A stretch of 39,911 nt of DNA from a virus. The stretch lies in IMG/VR virus record IMGVR_UViG_3300023082_000005, positions 1 to 39,911 of that record; one strand, given 5' to 3'. The translations under genes were made by a program, and so were the position numbers. The notes below the pieces were generated by a model. The model did not search any database. It had not been told where the DNA came from and saw only the letters and a program-made list of their open reading frames with translations. Below are positions 1-8,159 of this stretch, in pieces (the stretch's first letter is position 1; the number at the start of each line of letters is the position of its first letter).

Positions 1-127
1 CAAGCATAGCGGCTTCATTGAACCAGACTACAGTCGACATTATCAAACGCGCATTGGGCGAAACGAATACGCTTGAATTGGATCGGTTAGGTAGGGTAAG
101 GTTTTGGAATAAAGAAGTTAAAGAGAA
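1..127. repeat. 127-bp terminal direct repeat, identical to 39785..39911 (circular assembly overlap)
   Basis: Base-by-base comparison of both window ends shows an identical 127-mer. Confidence 0.9.
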
Positions 128-485
128 GTTCGGCAATAGGGCATTGGCTATCTCGCGCACTGAGGCAACGACACTGAGCAATCTAGGTAAAGACATTGGC
201 GCAAGGTCATGGCTCGATGAACAGCCCGGCAAGTCGTACAAGATATGGTTTGGCCGTGTCGCTGGAGAACGTGATACGCATCTAGCTACCAACGGTATAT
301 TCAAAGAGGTAGACGATTTGTTTACGGTCGGTGGTGAGCAATGCGAAAGGCCAGGGGACGCTTCATTAAGCGCAAAAGAAAGGATTCAGTGTAGGTGTTC
401 GATGATATTTATATCGCAGGCTATTTTTAAGCAGTATGAGAAGCGAGGGAGAATTTCAGGCGGTAAAATAAGTGGGTTAAGTTAA
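1..485 (+). CDS. Mu F / SPP1 gp7-like head morphogenesis protein, C-terminal part (continues from 39433..39911)
   Basis: The frame is continuous across the junction (joined ORF 837 nt). RALAISRTEATTLSN and GERDTHLATNG resemble the Mu F family core. Located just downstream of the portal gene. Confidence 0.7.
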   Translation, partial: SIAASLNQTTVDIIKRALGETNTLELDRLGRVRFWNKEVKEKFGNRALAISRTEATTLSNLGKDIGARSWLDEQPGKSYKIWFGRVAGERDTHLATNGIFKEVDDLFTVGGEQCERPGDASLSAKERIQCRCSMIFISQAIFKQYEKRGRISGGKISGLS

Positions 486-637
486 AAAAAACAGATAAAA
501 GGACTATGGCTGTCACGCTCTTACTCTCGTCCAAATTGAGTAAAGACCACCCGAGCTAGTAAATATGCCGATGCAATATCGGGTAAAGCGTGGATCTGTT
601 TTATTTAAAATATTTCATATGAGTATTTAATTTTGAG

Positions 638-671
638 AACCGATATTGCTGGATGGCGTATCGGGTTTTTA
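638..671 (+). terminator. Rho-independent terminator-like hairpin
   Basis: AACCGATA..TATCGGGTT stem (one bulge) followed by TTTTT. Confidence 0.45.
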
Positions 672-698
672 ATTTATTTGCTATTTCGAATTATTATG

Positions 699-706
699 TA
701 TATTTG
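699..706 (+). promoter_or_regulatory. Bacteroidota-type -7 promoter box TATATTTG
   Basis: Exact TAnnTTTG match 4 nt upstream of ATG 711. Confidence 0.5.
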
Positions 707-710
707 CTAC

Positions 711-806
711 ATGGCAAAAGATAAGAAGCTAACTGATGTTGAGATACAGAAGTTAAAGGACATCAAAACCAAACAGGTTAAAGAACAAGAAACGGTAAAG
801 AAATGA
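711..806 (+). CDS. Small hypothetical protein (31 aa, MAKDKKLTDVEIQKLKD...)
   Basis: ATG-initiated ORF. Its stop overlaps the next ATG (ATGA at 803-806), and a promoter motif lies directly upstream. Confidence 0.4.
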   Translation: MAKDKKLTDVEIQKLKDIKTKQVKEQETVKK

Positions 807-1603
807 GGTTAACCCTACCAGAGTTTACGAATAAGTCTGATTTGTTTGATTATTTGATCAGCAACAAAAACGATATGATTAACCTAGCAAAGAGTACGGT
901 AAAATATGCCGATTCTTTTGGTTTGTCTAATTTCGAGACTACGGTAACTAAAGACTTCAATTCAGGTACAAATCCTGACGATAGCGATACTGAAATTAAG
1001 CGTACTATTATCGGTAACACATACAATTGGATGGATTCGCACGATGATGTTCATTTAGATAATGTTTTTGCCGTTAGTATTGATCAAAAAAGAGGCACAC
1101 AGCAGCATCTTCATGACCATGTTTATCAGTTAATGGCTAAAGTTGGAGTTCCATATAATATTTATGAAGGTAATATTGCCTGGACTAAATTAGGCGTAAA
1201 CAAAGCAGGTTACACTACTGCATTATTTATGGATTCAACTATAAAAAGAGCATTAAATCAGTCTATATTTGACCAATATAAAGCAGGAGAAATACAGCAA
1301 CATAGTGTTGGTATGCAGTACTCTAAAATATTTCTTGCCGTTAATGACCCTGAAAGAAAAGAGGAATACGCTGTTTGGAATCAATATAGACCTTTGATAG
1401 GTAATGGATCTAAAGCAGACGAAAAAGGATATTTTTGGGCGGTAAAAGAGGCGAAACTAATTGAAATTTCGTGCGTAATTGCTGGCTCAAATGAATTAAC
1501 ACCGACACTTGACCCGAATAAGTTCAGTCAAGAAGAAGTACAAACAGACCCGTCTTCTGACAGTCAACAATTAATCAAATCATTTTATTCAAACTTTATC
1601 TAA
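803..1603 (+). CDS. Prohead (HK97-family, S78-like) serine protease
   Basis: Lies between the Mu F-like and capsid genes. Has WMDSHDDVH and HSVGM motifs (candidate His/Ser) and a C-terminal EISCVIAGSNELT like the family's E.S.V..P.N signature. Confidence 0.6.
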   Translation: MRLTLPEFTNKSDLFDYLISNKNDMINLAKSTVKYADSFGLSNFETTVTKDFNSGTNPDDSDTEIKRTIIGNTYNWMDSHDDVHLDNVFAVSIDQKRGTQQHLHDHVYQLMAKVGVPYNIYEGNIAWTKLGVNKAGYTTALFMDSTIKRALNQSIFDQYKAGEIQQHSVGMQYSKIFLAVNDPERKEEYAVWNQYRPLIGNGSKADEKGYFWAVKEAKLIEISCVIAGSNELTPTLDPNKFSQEEVQTDPSSDSQQLIKSFYSNFI

Positions 1604-1610
1604 AAAAGAT

Positions 1611-2894
1611 ATGACACCAGAAGAAGAAAAAGCAGCGGCTCTGTTAGCGGTTAAAACGGCAGCAGAAAAAGCGGCAGAGGCAAAAGTGCCTGAATTAGTA
1701 AAAGCCGGGTTAACAACCGAAGAAGCAAAAGAGGCTATTAAGGGCATTGTGCAAAATGTAATGTCTACGGTAACAATTAAAGATTTTGATGGGAGTCAAA
1801 AAACAATTGAGGCCGTGGTGAAAGCAATGCAAGATCAGCACGATGAATTAACTAAAATCGTAAACGCTCAAAAAGAAAGCGGCGAAAAAGAAGGTGTTTA
1901 CATCAAATTTGTAAAGGACAATATCGCTAAACATGCTGACATTGCAAGCGAAAAAGGGTACAACGAGCAATTGATTATCAAGGCGCCTGCATTGATGACT
2001 ACTGCCAACGTTACACCGAACGTTGCTGGAGGTTTTTCACCGCTATTTGGTAATTATATTGATCGTGAAATCGGACATGTTCCTAAGCCGGAAAATATTA
2101 TCTTGCCATTGGTAACTGTTAAAAATCAGCCAGGGACTGAAAGCATTTGGTACACAGACCGTATCAATGAAGAGGGAGACGCTGCGTTTATTGCAGAGGG
2201 GGACTTAAAACCGCTTGCTGACGCTGAATGGGCAACTACTAAAGCGCCTGTTAAAGAGGTTGCGGTACGTTGGAAGTTCACCAAGCGATTAATGAACCAT
2301 GCGCCATCCGTTGTTTCCGATTTCCTGGAGCACGTTAAGGAGTTGGTGGATGCCAAGGTTGATGACGGTATCTTAACCGGAAATAACACAGGTAATAACT
2401 TGAATGGCCTGCAGACTGTAGCTGCACCTTTCGTAGTTCCTACTCAATTGGCTGCATATTACCAAAATGCGAACATCTACGACGTTATTATCGCAATGGC
2501 GACACGTATCAGGTTGTCAAACTTTAAAGGTCAGATTACGGTTGTTTTAAACACTGTATGGCAGGCTAAAATGATGGGTTTAAAAGATAACGAAGGGCGT
2601 TACTTGATGCCTCCATTTGTTTTGGCTGATGGTACTCGCGTTGCAGACATTGAGATTAAATTCTCAAACCGTATTGTCGATACAGCGATCCTGATTGGCG
2701 ATCTGAAAAGGTTTAACGTTGTTTGGGCAGAAAAAGTTACTTATGACGAAGGTTATGAGAACGATGATTTCTCGAAAAACTTAGTATCTCGTAAATTAGA
2801 GGCTTTTATCGGTACGTATGTTAGACGTTCTGATGCAGGGTCTATCCTTTACGATGATATTGCAGGTGTTTTAACCGATATCTCAGCAGTATAA
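1611..2894 (+). CDS. Major capsid protein, HK97 fold, with N-terminal Ala/Glu/Lys-rich delta/scaffold-like domain
   Basis: 427 aa, directly after the protease. Helical N-terminal about 100 aa, then a typical capsid-length body. Confidence 0.75.
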   Translation: MTPEEEKAAALLAVKTAAEKAAEAKVPELVKAGLTTEEAKEAIKGIVQNVMSTVTIKDFDGSQKTIEAVVKAMQDQHDELTKIVNAQKESGEKEGVYIKFVKDNIAKHADIASEKGYNEQLIIKAPALMTTANVTPNVAGGFSPLFGNYIDREIGHVPKPENIILPLVTVKNQPGTESIWYTDRINEEGDAAFIAEGDLKPLADAEWATTKAPVKEVAVRWKFTKRLMNHAPSVVSDFLEHVKELVDAKVDDGILTGNNTGNNLNGLQTVAAPFVVPTQLAAYYQNANIYDVIIAMATRIRLSNFKGQITVVLNTVWQAKMMGLKDNEGRYLMPPFVLADGTRVADIEIKFSNRIVDTAILIGDLKRFNVVWAEKVTYDEGYENDDFSKNLVSRKLEAFIGTYVRRSDAGSILYDDIAGVLTDISAV

Positions 2895-2906
2895 TCTTAA
2901 ACTTAT

Positions 2907-2935
2907 ACCTGCCATGCTGAAAACGTATGGCAGGT
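2907..2935 (+). terminator. Stem-loop after capsid gene (attenuator or mRNA stabiliser)
   Basis: ACCTGCCAT..ATGGCAGGT, 9-bp perfect stem. The downstream T-tract is weak. Confidence 0.35.
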
Positions 2936-2951
2936 TAATATAAAACACAAC

Positions 2952-3188
2952 ATGGCAGAAAAAGAAGCAGAATTAGCAGTTTTTGACAGCAAAAAAATGC
3001 TAAAAGACCTTGGTAAGGCAGAAACAAAAATTAAATACAACGACCGTATGGCTGTTGAAGTGATAGCGGCAACTAAATTTCATAAAGTTGGCGACATTTT
3101 AAACCCGCATAAGGTTAAGGCAGAGGCTATGATCTCACAAAAGATCGCCAAAAAATATACAGCCCCTGAGCCTAAAGATTCAGAATAA
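2952..3188 (+). CDS. Hypothetical head-module protein (78 aa)
   Basis: ORF in the late operon after the capsid gene. No motif recognised. Confidence 0.5.
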   Translation: MAEKEAELAVFDSKKMLKDLGKAETKIKYNDRMAVEVIAATKFHKVGDILNPHKVKAEAMISQKIAKKYTAPEPKDSE

Positions 3189-3209
3189 TCCTAGTTTTCA
3201 TATCCAAAG

Positions 3210-3246
3210 AAAATGCGCTGTTACATTAAATTGTAAGGCGCATTTT
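3210..3246. terminator. Bidirectional rho-independent terminator
   Basis: AAAATGCGC..GCGCATTTT outer stem with inner TTACA/TGTAA pairing, A/T runs on both sides. Lies between convergent genes. Confidence 0.65.
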
Positions 3247-3248
3247 TG

Positions 3249-3533
3249 TTAAAAGTCACATTCCTCTTTCTCAAGTTCTATAAGGCAGTTTTCAGGTTCA
3301 AATTCTAGTTTTATCAATTCAATGTGACCATTACACATATATGATACGCCACAATAAGGACACTTTACATTATAGGCAAATTCAGCATCCAAGTGCATGT
3401 GAGCGCCACATTCACAATGGATATCCATACATACATCAGTTCCTTTCCACTGAATCCATCCATGTGGCTTACCTGCATAAGTCTCCTGTATATCCCATGC
3501 TTCTTTTTCTGTTTTAGCTACTTTCGTTTCCAT
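3249..3533 (-). CDS. Cysteine/histidine-rich small protein (94 aa), putative zinc-binding, unknown function
   Basis: ORF on the opposite strand to the surrounding structural genes. Contains CMDIHCECGAHMH ... CPYCGVSYMCNGH. I prefer ATG 3533 over the TTG at 3539 given by the ORF track. Confidence 0.6.
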   Translation of the reverse strand: METKVAKTEKEAWDIQETYAGKPHGWIQWKGTDVCMDIHCECGAHMHLDAEFAYNVKCPYCGVSYMCNGHIELIKLEFEPENCLIELEKEECDF

Positions 3534-3536
3534 ACC

Positions 3537-3544
3537 CAAATATA
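3537..3544 (-). promoter_or_regulatory. -7 promoter box TATATTTG (minus strand)
   Basis: Exact TAnnTTTG match 3 nt upstream of ATG 3533. Confidence 0.5.
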
Positions 3545-3580
3545 CGAAGCCTGCCCTTTGGTTTTATGTAACGATTTGAT

Positions 3581-3588
3581 TACATTTG
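3581..3588 (+). promoter_or_regulatory. -7 promoter box TACATTTG with upstream TTTG (3557-3560)
   Basis: Exact TAnnTTTG match. A TTTG lies 20 nt upstream. Part of a 16-mer shared with 8904-8919. Confidence 0.5.
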
Positions 3589-3604
3589 AAATAAACTTAA
3601 CAGT

Positions 3605-3727
3605 ATGTCCTACCAGATCAAATTCATTCGGATATTAACGCCTGACACGGGTACAGATCAATTCCCTGATGGATTGGTAGACTTCAGTTTAACCCTTGAT
3701 TTCACTAAAACAGTAAACTTCACATAA
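3605..3727 (+). CDS. Small hypothetical protein (40 aa, MSYQIKFIRILTPDTG...)
   Basis: ATG ORF whose TAA overlaps the next ATG (TAATG at 3725-3729). Starts 17 nt after the promoter motif. Confidence 0.4.
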   Translation: MSYQIKFIRILTPDTGTDQFPDGLVDFSLTLDFTKTVNFT

Positions 3728-5952
3728 TGGCTATAAGAATCACAGACGGGTCATCCGTTGCTAATTTGGCGAACGTTATAAATGAACATGACGACAGTAT
3801 AGTCAATCACGAAACCAGGATCGATGAACTTGAGCAGGGCGGTGAATCAGGAGGAGTTATTTCGGTTAACGGAGAATCTGGGATTGTTGTGTTAGACAAA
3901 TCTGATATTGGATTGTCATTAGTTAATAACACTTCAGACTTAGATAAGCCAATATCCACGGCACAAGCCACGGTCAATACCGCTAAGGCTGATTTAGTAG
4001 CAGGCAAAGTACCAGCATCGCAATTACCATCATACGTAGACGATGTTTTAGAATTCACCAATCTTGCAGCATTCCCTGCTACAGGAGAGACTGGGAAGAT
4101 CTATATAGCTATAGATACCAATCGTGAATATCGTTGGTCAGGAAGTGTATATGTGCAAATAGTAGCAAGCCCTGGAACGACTGATAATGTGCCGGAAGGC
4201 ACTACCAACAAATATTATACTGAAGACAGGGTTGCAGCAGCACCAAGTGTAACAAACAAAGTGTTGCAGTCTGTATATGATGCTAACAAAACAGCAACCG
4301 ATTTAGCTATTGCCGGTATTCAAACATACTATCAGCCGGAAACAATTTCATACGTAACTCGAGTTAAAACAGCCGGAGGTATTTTGACTGCCACAGAAAT
4401 AGACGCGGTAGATTCATTTATAGTTAAAGGCAGGAATGATGGTTGGTTGACTTTAATGAAGTGGGTATGGTGTCCTATGGGCAATAATCTCGCATCATCG
4501 TTGGTTAACTTAATAGCGGTTTCAGGGGTTAATCAAACATTGATAAACAATGGGTTTGTTGAGGCTGACTATAGTAAGATCCTCGGCTTTGGAACGGGTA
4601 GCGGGGCAAATACGGCTAAATTCTTAGGGACAGGCATAATTCCTATAAATCAAGGGTTGACCAGAAAGAATTTATCATTTGGAGCCTACATACCGGATGA
4701 TAGCTCTAACGGAGGTACAGCAACCCAATTCCTTGGGACAACTCCTACAAGCGGAAATACGCCGTATTATATTACGAGCAACCCCGGATTCACGATTGGA
4801 CAGGACGGTATCACTTTAGGGCAAGGTAAAATAACTGTTTTCGCTCCATCAATAGGTAGCGTAAGTTATGGGCCTGCAAATGAATATTATTCATATACGA
4901 ATAATGTCGCATCGGATCTATCCACGGGATCACCTGCAACTTTAACTGATCTCGATACCGAAGTAACCGTATTTAAAGCGAACAGTACCCGTTTTTCAGC
5001 AGGTAGACTATCTTTTGTATACATGTCGTCTTTCTTGAATCAAAACCAATTAAAGTCACTGCAAGATGCTATACGAGATTTATCAATATCCATAGGTAGG
5101 TATGATGTATCAGGTGGTACAGGACTTTGGTTTGGTGATTCTATTACGTTTGGCTCAGGTGCAACCACAAGAGATACGAGATGGTCAACTATTGTTGCAA
5201 GAAATCTAGGTTTAAAGGAATTTAATACCGGTAAAAGTTCTAGCCAGTTAAGGCAGAATGTTGTATCAGGGGCATACTTGGGTAGAGCAGGAGGATTTCA
5301 GACTTATTCGGAATTTTCAACCGTACAGGCAAGTACGGCATTTATTATGTATGGGACTAACGATTATATAACTGGTGATGTAGCTGTAGGCGGTACACCA
5401 TCCATAATTGCGGATTATAAATCAAAACTGAATACTATTGTAGCGTATTTTAAAAATAGGCGCATTAGGGTTATATTGGTTGGTATACCTTGGGGTACGA
5501 ATACTGATGTAGTAAAAAGGAATTTATATCAAACGGCAATGCAGGAAGTTGCAATTGCGCAGGGGGTAAGGTATGTGGATAACGAAACTGTTTTTACGGA
5601 TACCGGTAACCCATCAGCTTTGACTACTGATGGCGTTCACCCTTTAGATACAGGTCATGCCTTGATTGCTCAAAATGTGATCAACGTTACAAATGGAATT
5701 ATGGTGCGAAAACCAATATTAGATTTCCCATCTATTGCGGCAAATTCGTTTCAGGAATTAACGCTAACATTCCCAACGGTAACTACATCTAATTCTATGG
5801 CAGCACCATCCGGGTATGCGCCTTTGCCGGGAGTGATATACGAAAATTATATTAGTTCAACAGGTGTAGTAACGGTTAGAGCCACGAATATAACAGCAGC
5901 AGCCATAGACCCTGCATCACAAAAAATGACTATTCAGGTTAACTTAGTATAA
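3727..5952 (+). CDS. Fibre-like protein with C-terminal SGNH/GDSL hydrolase (esterase) domain
   Basis: The N-terminus has fibre motifs (VNGESGIVVLDKSDIGLSLVNNTSDLDKPIS; GETGKIYIAIDTNREYRWSGS). The C-terminus has SGNH blocks GLWFGDSITFG, YGTNDY and DGVHPLDTGH. Confidence 0.75.
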   Translation: MAIRITDGSSVANLANVINEHDDSIVNHETRIDELEQGGESGGVISVNGESGIVVLDKSDIGLSLVNNTSDLDKPISTAQATVNTAKADLVAGKVPASQLPSYVDDVLEFTNLAAFPATGETGKIYIAIDTNREYRWSGSVYVQIVASPGTTDNVPEGTTNKYYTEDRVAAAPSVTNKVLQSVYDANKTATDLAIAGIQTYYQPETISYVTRVKTAGGILTATEIDAVDSFIVKGRNDGWLTLMKWVWCPMGNNLASSLVNLIAVSGVNQTLINNGFVEADYSKILGFGTGSGANTAKFLGTGIIPINQGLTRKNLSFGAYIPDDSSNGGTATQFLGTTPTSGNTPYYITSNPGFTIGQDGITLGQGKITVFAPSIGSVSYGPANEYYSYTNNVASDLSTGSPATLTDLDTEVTVFKANSTRFSAGRLSFVYMSSFLNQNQLKSLQDAIRDLSISIGRYDVSGGTGLWFGDSITFGSGATTRDTRWSTIVARNLGLKEFNTGKSSSQLRQNVVSGAYLGRAGGFQTYSEFSTVQASTAFIMYGTNDYITGDVAVGGTPSIIADYKSKLNTIVAYFKNRRIRVILVGIPWGTNTDVVKRNLYQTAMQEVAIAQGVRYVDNETVFTDTGNPSALTTDGVHPLDTGHALIAQNVINVTNGIMVRKPILDFPSIAANSFQELTLTFPTVTTSNSMAAPSGYAPLPGVIYENYISSTGVVTVRATNITAAAIDPASQKMTIQVNLV

Positions 5953-5955
5953 TAT

Positions 5956-6501
5956 ATGGAACCAGTAACCTTACAAGAGATAAAATCGGCCTGCAGGATT
6001 GACCAGGATAGCACGTCTGAAGATGACGACCTGATGTTAATGGCCGGAGCCGCGCGTGAATTGCTGGAGAAGCAGTTGAATATCGGGTTAGTACCTCAAG
6101 AACTCGAATTACAGTTCGATGGTCGCAAGATGGAGTTACCTATGTCACCAACGATACGTATCATCAGCGTAAAAGACAGCGCGGGTGAAGATGTAGCGTA
6201 TTCAACCGATAATTACCAAGCTAAATCCATTTGGGTTGATCAGGAGGGTTCTTTGCTAGGCAATTGGGAGTATTGGCCTAACAATGGATATGTAGAGTTT
6301 ACACCTTATTCTAATGGCAAATGTGAGATGTATACGGTAAGGTATGAAACGGGGTATGAAACGTTGCCTTATGGGCTGAAAAACGCTTTACTTCTGCAGG
6401 TGTCTTACCTGTATCTCACTCGAGGGGAGCCAGTATCATCACCAATTAGCCAAAATGCTTTGCAATTAGCTAGGCAATATTCAAGAAACCTCGTGCTATG
6501 A
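5956..6501 (+). CDS. Head-tail connector protein (gp6-like)
   Basis: N-terminal LQEIKSACRIDQDSTSEDDDLMLMAGAARELLEKQLN is typical of the family. Position fits. Confidence 0.65.
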   Translation: MEPVTLQEIKSACRIDQDSTSEDDDLMLMAGAARELLEKQLNIGLVPQELELQFDGRKMELPMSPTIRIISVKDSAGEDVAYSTDNYQAKSIWVDQEGSLLGNWEYWPNNGYVEFTPYSNGKCEMYTVRYETGYETLPYGLKNALLLQVSYLYLTRGEPVSSPISQNALQLARQYSRNLVL

Positions 6502-6839
6502 AGCTAAGACCAGGAGCGTACAACCAAAAGATCGAGATATACAAGCAGGAGAACTTACCATCTGATGACGGGGGTTCATATCCTGTTGATGTGCTATATT
6601 GGTCAACTAACGCCAATGTCACACCAATACGTGCAGCGAAGTCATTACAGGCGATGCAAGAGGTTTTAAAGCCCGCCATGCTGTTTATCATACGTTACCG
6701 GACAGACAAGCAGGTAAGCCCTGATATGCGTATTCTTTGGCGTGGTGAGTGGTTTAGTTTGCTGACGGTTGAAAGTGACTATGTATATAAAGAAACGATC
6801 AAACTAACCGCAATTGCTGACCAAGTACCGCAACGATGA
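6498..6839 (+). CDS. Head closure / head-tail adaptor protein (SPP1 gp16-like)
   Basis: YNQKIEIYK...DDGGS...NANVTP...IIRYR...ILWRGEWF pattern. ATGA overlap with the previous gene. Confidence 0.7.
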   Translation: MKLRPGAYNQKIEIYKQENLPSDDGGSYPVDVLYWSTNANVTPIRAAKSLQAMQEVLKPAMLFIIRYRTDKQVSPDMRILWRGEWFSLLTVESDYVYKETIKLTAIADQVPQR

Positions 6840-7339
6840 AGAAGTTTAAAAATATGGCTGAACTATCGAGGGCTATTGATAAGCTAGGTAGTGAATTTAA
6901 GGAAGAAGTTCAGGGTATAGTCGGATTTAACTTGACTGAAATGGAGGCTCAAGCCAAACGCGATGCTCCTACCAGTGGCGAGAAGGTAAGAGTAGGCGGC
7001 GGAGGTCGTACAATTGACCAATTAGACCACAAAAACAGATGGAACGGTAACATTGATCAGTTCATCAATAAAGAAATAGCCACTGATGGTTTCTCGGGAA
7101 CTGTTTTAGTTGAAAAAGCAGCAGGAGAAATCGCAGCATACGTAGAATTTTCCACTGGTCAGTCGGCAAAAGTGTATTTGGCGACCGTACCGCCTGAATG
7201 GAGAGCGGCAGCTTTAAAATTTCTGGTTGACGGAAAAGGCAAAATCATAGGAAAACCATATTTATATCCGGCATTCGTACGTTATTCGATTGAATTTCAA
7301 AAAGAACTAAAGGAAGCATTAAACAATTTGTCATTCTAA
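6836..7339 (+). CDS. HK97 gp10-like tail component
   Basis: AKRDAPTSGEK, AAYVEFSTG and KPYLYPAF motifs. ATGA overlap with the previous gene. Confidence 0.65.
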   Translation: MKKFKNMAELSRAIDKLGSEFKEEVQGIVGFNLTEMEAQAKRDAPTSGEKVRVGGGGRTIDQLDHKNRWNGNIDQFINKEIATDGFSGTVLVEKAAGEIAAYVEFSTGQSAKVYLATVPPEWRAAALKFLVDGKGKIIGKPYLYPAFVRYSIEFQKELKEALNNLSF

Positions 7340-7340
7340 C

Positions 7341-7814
7341 ATGAAAATAACCACCTTACCATTCCGAACTGCAGTAGTCACTAACCTAAACTTAGGTACG
7401 GGCGTGGTATACCTAACTAAAAAGATACCTGTTTTTGAGGAAATCGTTACCGTAGATACAACGCGCCCAATCCCAACGATAGGCAAGTACACCGCCTACA
7501 TCCTACTAATCAACCAAACGACAAATAATGACCCGATGAACAAGTGTACGCACAACGAACAGGTGACTATTCAGATTCAATGCGTGACTAAATGGCCATC
7601 TGGAACGGGTAGCTCTGGAGAAGCTGAACGTATCGCTCAATTAGTGTTAGACAGGTTATTTCCGGCAAGCGATATTAAGCCTAATTTAACGCTCTCTAAT
7701 GGACTTGATTTGTGGAAAGGTGAAGTAATGTCAATTCGTAACTTAAATTACGCTGACGACGCGAATCATGTGTGGAATACGATAATTACGCTGTTATGTC
7801 GGGTGATGCAGTAA
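7341..7814 (+). CDS. Putative tail terminator / tail completion protein
   Basis: Assigned by position only, between the gp10-like gene and the tail tube gene. Confidence 0.4.
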   Translation: MKITTLPFRTAVVTNLNLGTGVVYLTKKIPVFEEIVTVDTTRPIPTIGKYTAYILLINQTTNNDPMNKCTHNEQVTIQIQCVTKWPSGTGSSGEAERIAQLVLDRLFPASDIKPNLTLSNGLDLWKGEVMSIRNLNYADDANHVWNTIITLLCRVMQ

Positions 7815-7990
7815 CAAAAGAAGAATGGGAACGCCTTGCTGAAATCAAGTATAAGTACCCACTCCGTCTATGTACGTCTGTTAAAATGAAATATGACTAT
7901 CTACGCGCTAAATGGGTGCGCGAACAGATGGGTATTCCGGTTAATCCTGCTGTTGTTGAGGCGATGGAGCAATTTATTAAAGGTTGCTAA
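7796..7990 (+). CDS. Hypothetical protein (64 aa)
   Basis: ORF 7772..7990 from the track. An internal ATG at 7796 reduces the overlap with the upstream gene. Confidence 0.4.
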   Translation: MSGDAVTKEEWERLAEIKYKYPLRLCTSVKMKYDYLRAKWVREQMGIPVNPAVVEAMEQFIKGC

Positions 7991-8159
7991 ACATTTGAAA
8001 AGCTAATTCTATATTTCTACGCTCCATATCCATTACCATTATTGCGCTGTCCAATATTTTGTCTAGTCTTTCTTTTGAAACGCTGTCCTCAATTTTAGGT
8101 AGGTTAAAAACTTGTCTTTTAAAATTGATATTAGCCAAAGCTAATTCTCTATTATCCAT
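7977..8159 (-). CDS. Hypothetical protein (60 aa), 4th gene of reverse cassette
   Basis: ORF with an 8-nt overlap with the upstream cassette gene. Looks helical by composition. Confidence 0.55.
   Translation of the reverse strand: MDNRELALANINFKRQVFNLPKIEDSVSKERLDKILDSAIMVMDMERRNIELAFQMFSNL

Noticed and set aside
2126-2389. Antisense or shadow ORFs inside large genes. Examples: 2126-2389, 3807-4061, 6470-6691, 10446-10640, 11514-11696, 11835-12179, 12239-12472, 13345-13605, 22480-22665, 23841-24044, 24676-24891, 25265-25510, 27628-27837, 29057-29356, 32518-32760, 33190-33405, 34013-34207, 34860-35063, 35351-35599, 35992-36258, 36262-36567, 38552-38764 and 39128-39394.
   Set aside because: Each is nested in a longer ORF with recognisable function or operon context. 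They lack independent start signals and have biased low-complexity composition.
5574-5582. A perfect DnaA box (TGTGGATAA) that might be the target of the DnaA-domain-IV protein.
   Set aside because: It is a single isolated 9-mer inside a fibre gene, so a chance occurrence in about 80 kb of two-strand sequence is plausible. I saw no clustering.
7772-7814. The 43-nt overlap between 7341..7814 and 7772..7990, considered as a second programmed frameshift site.
   Set aside because: There is no slippery heptamer in the overlap. An internal ATG at 7796 gives an ordinary short overlap.
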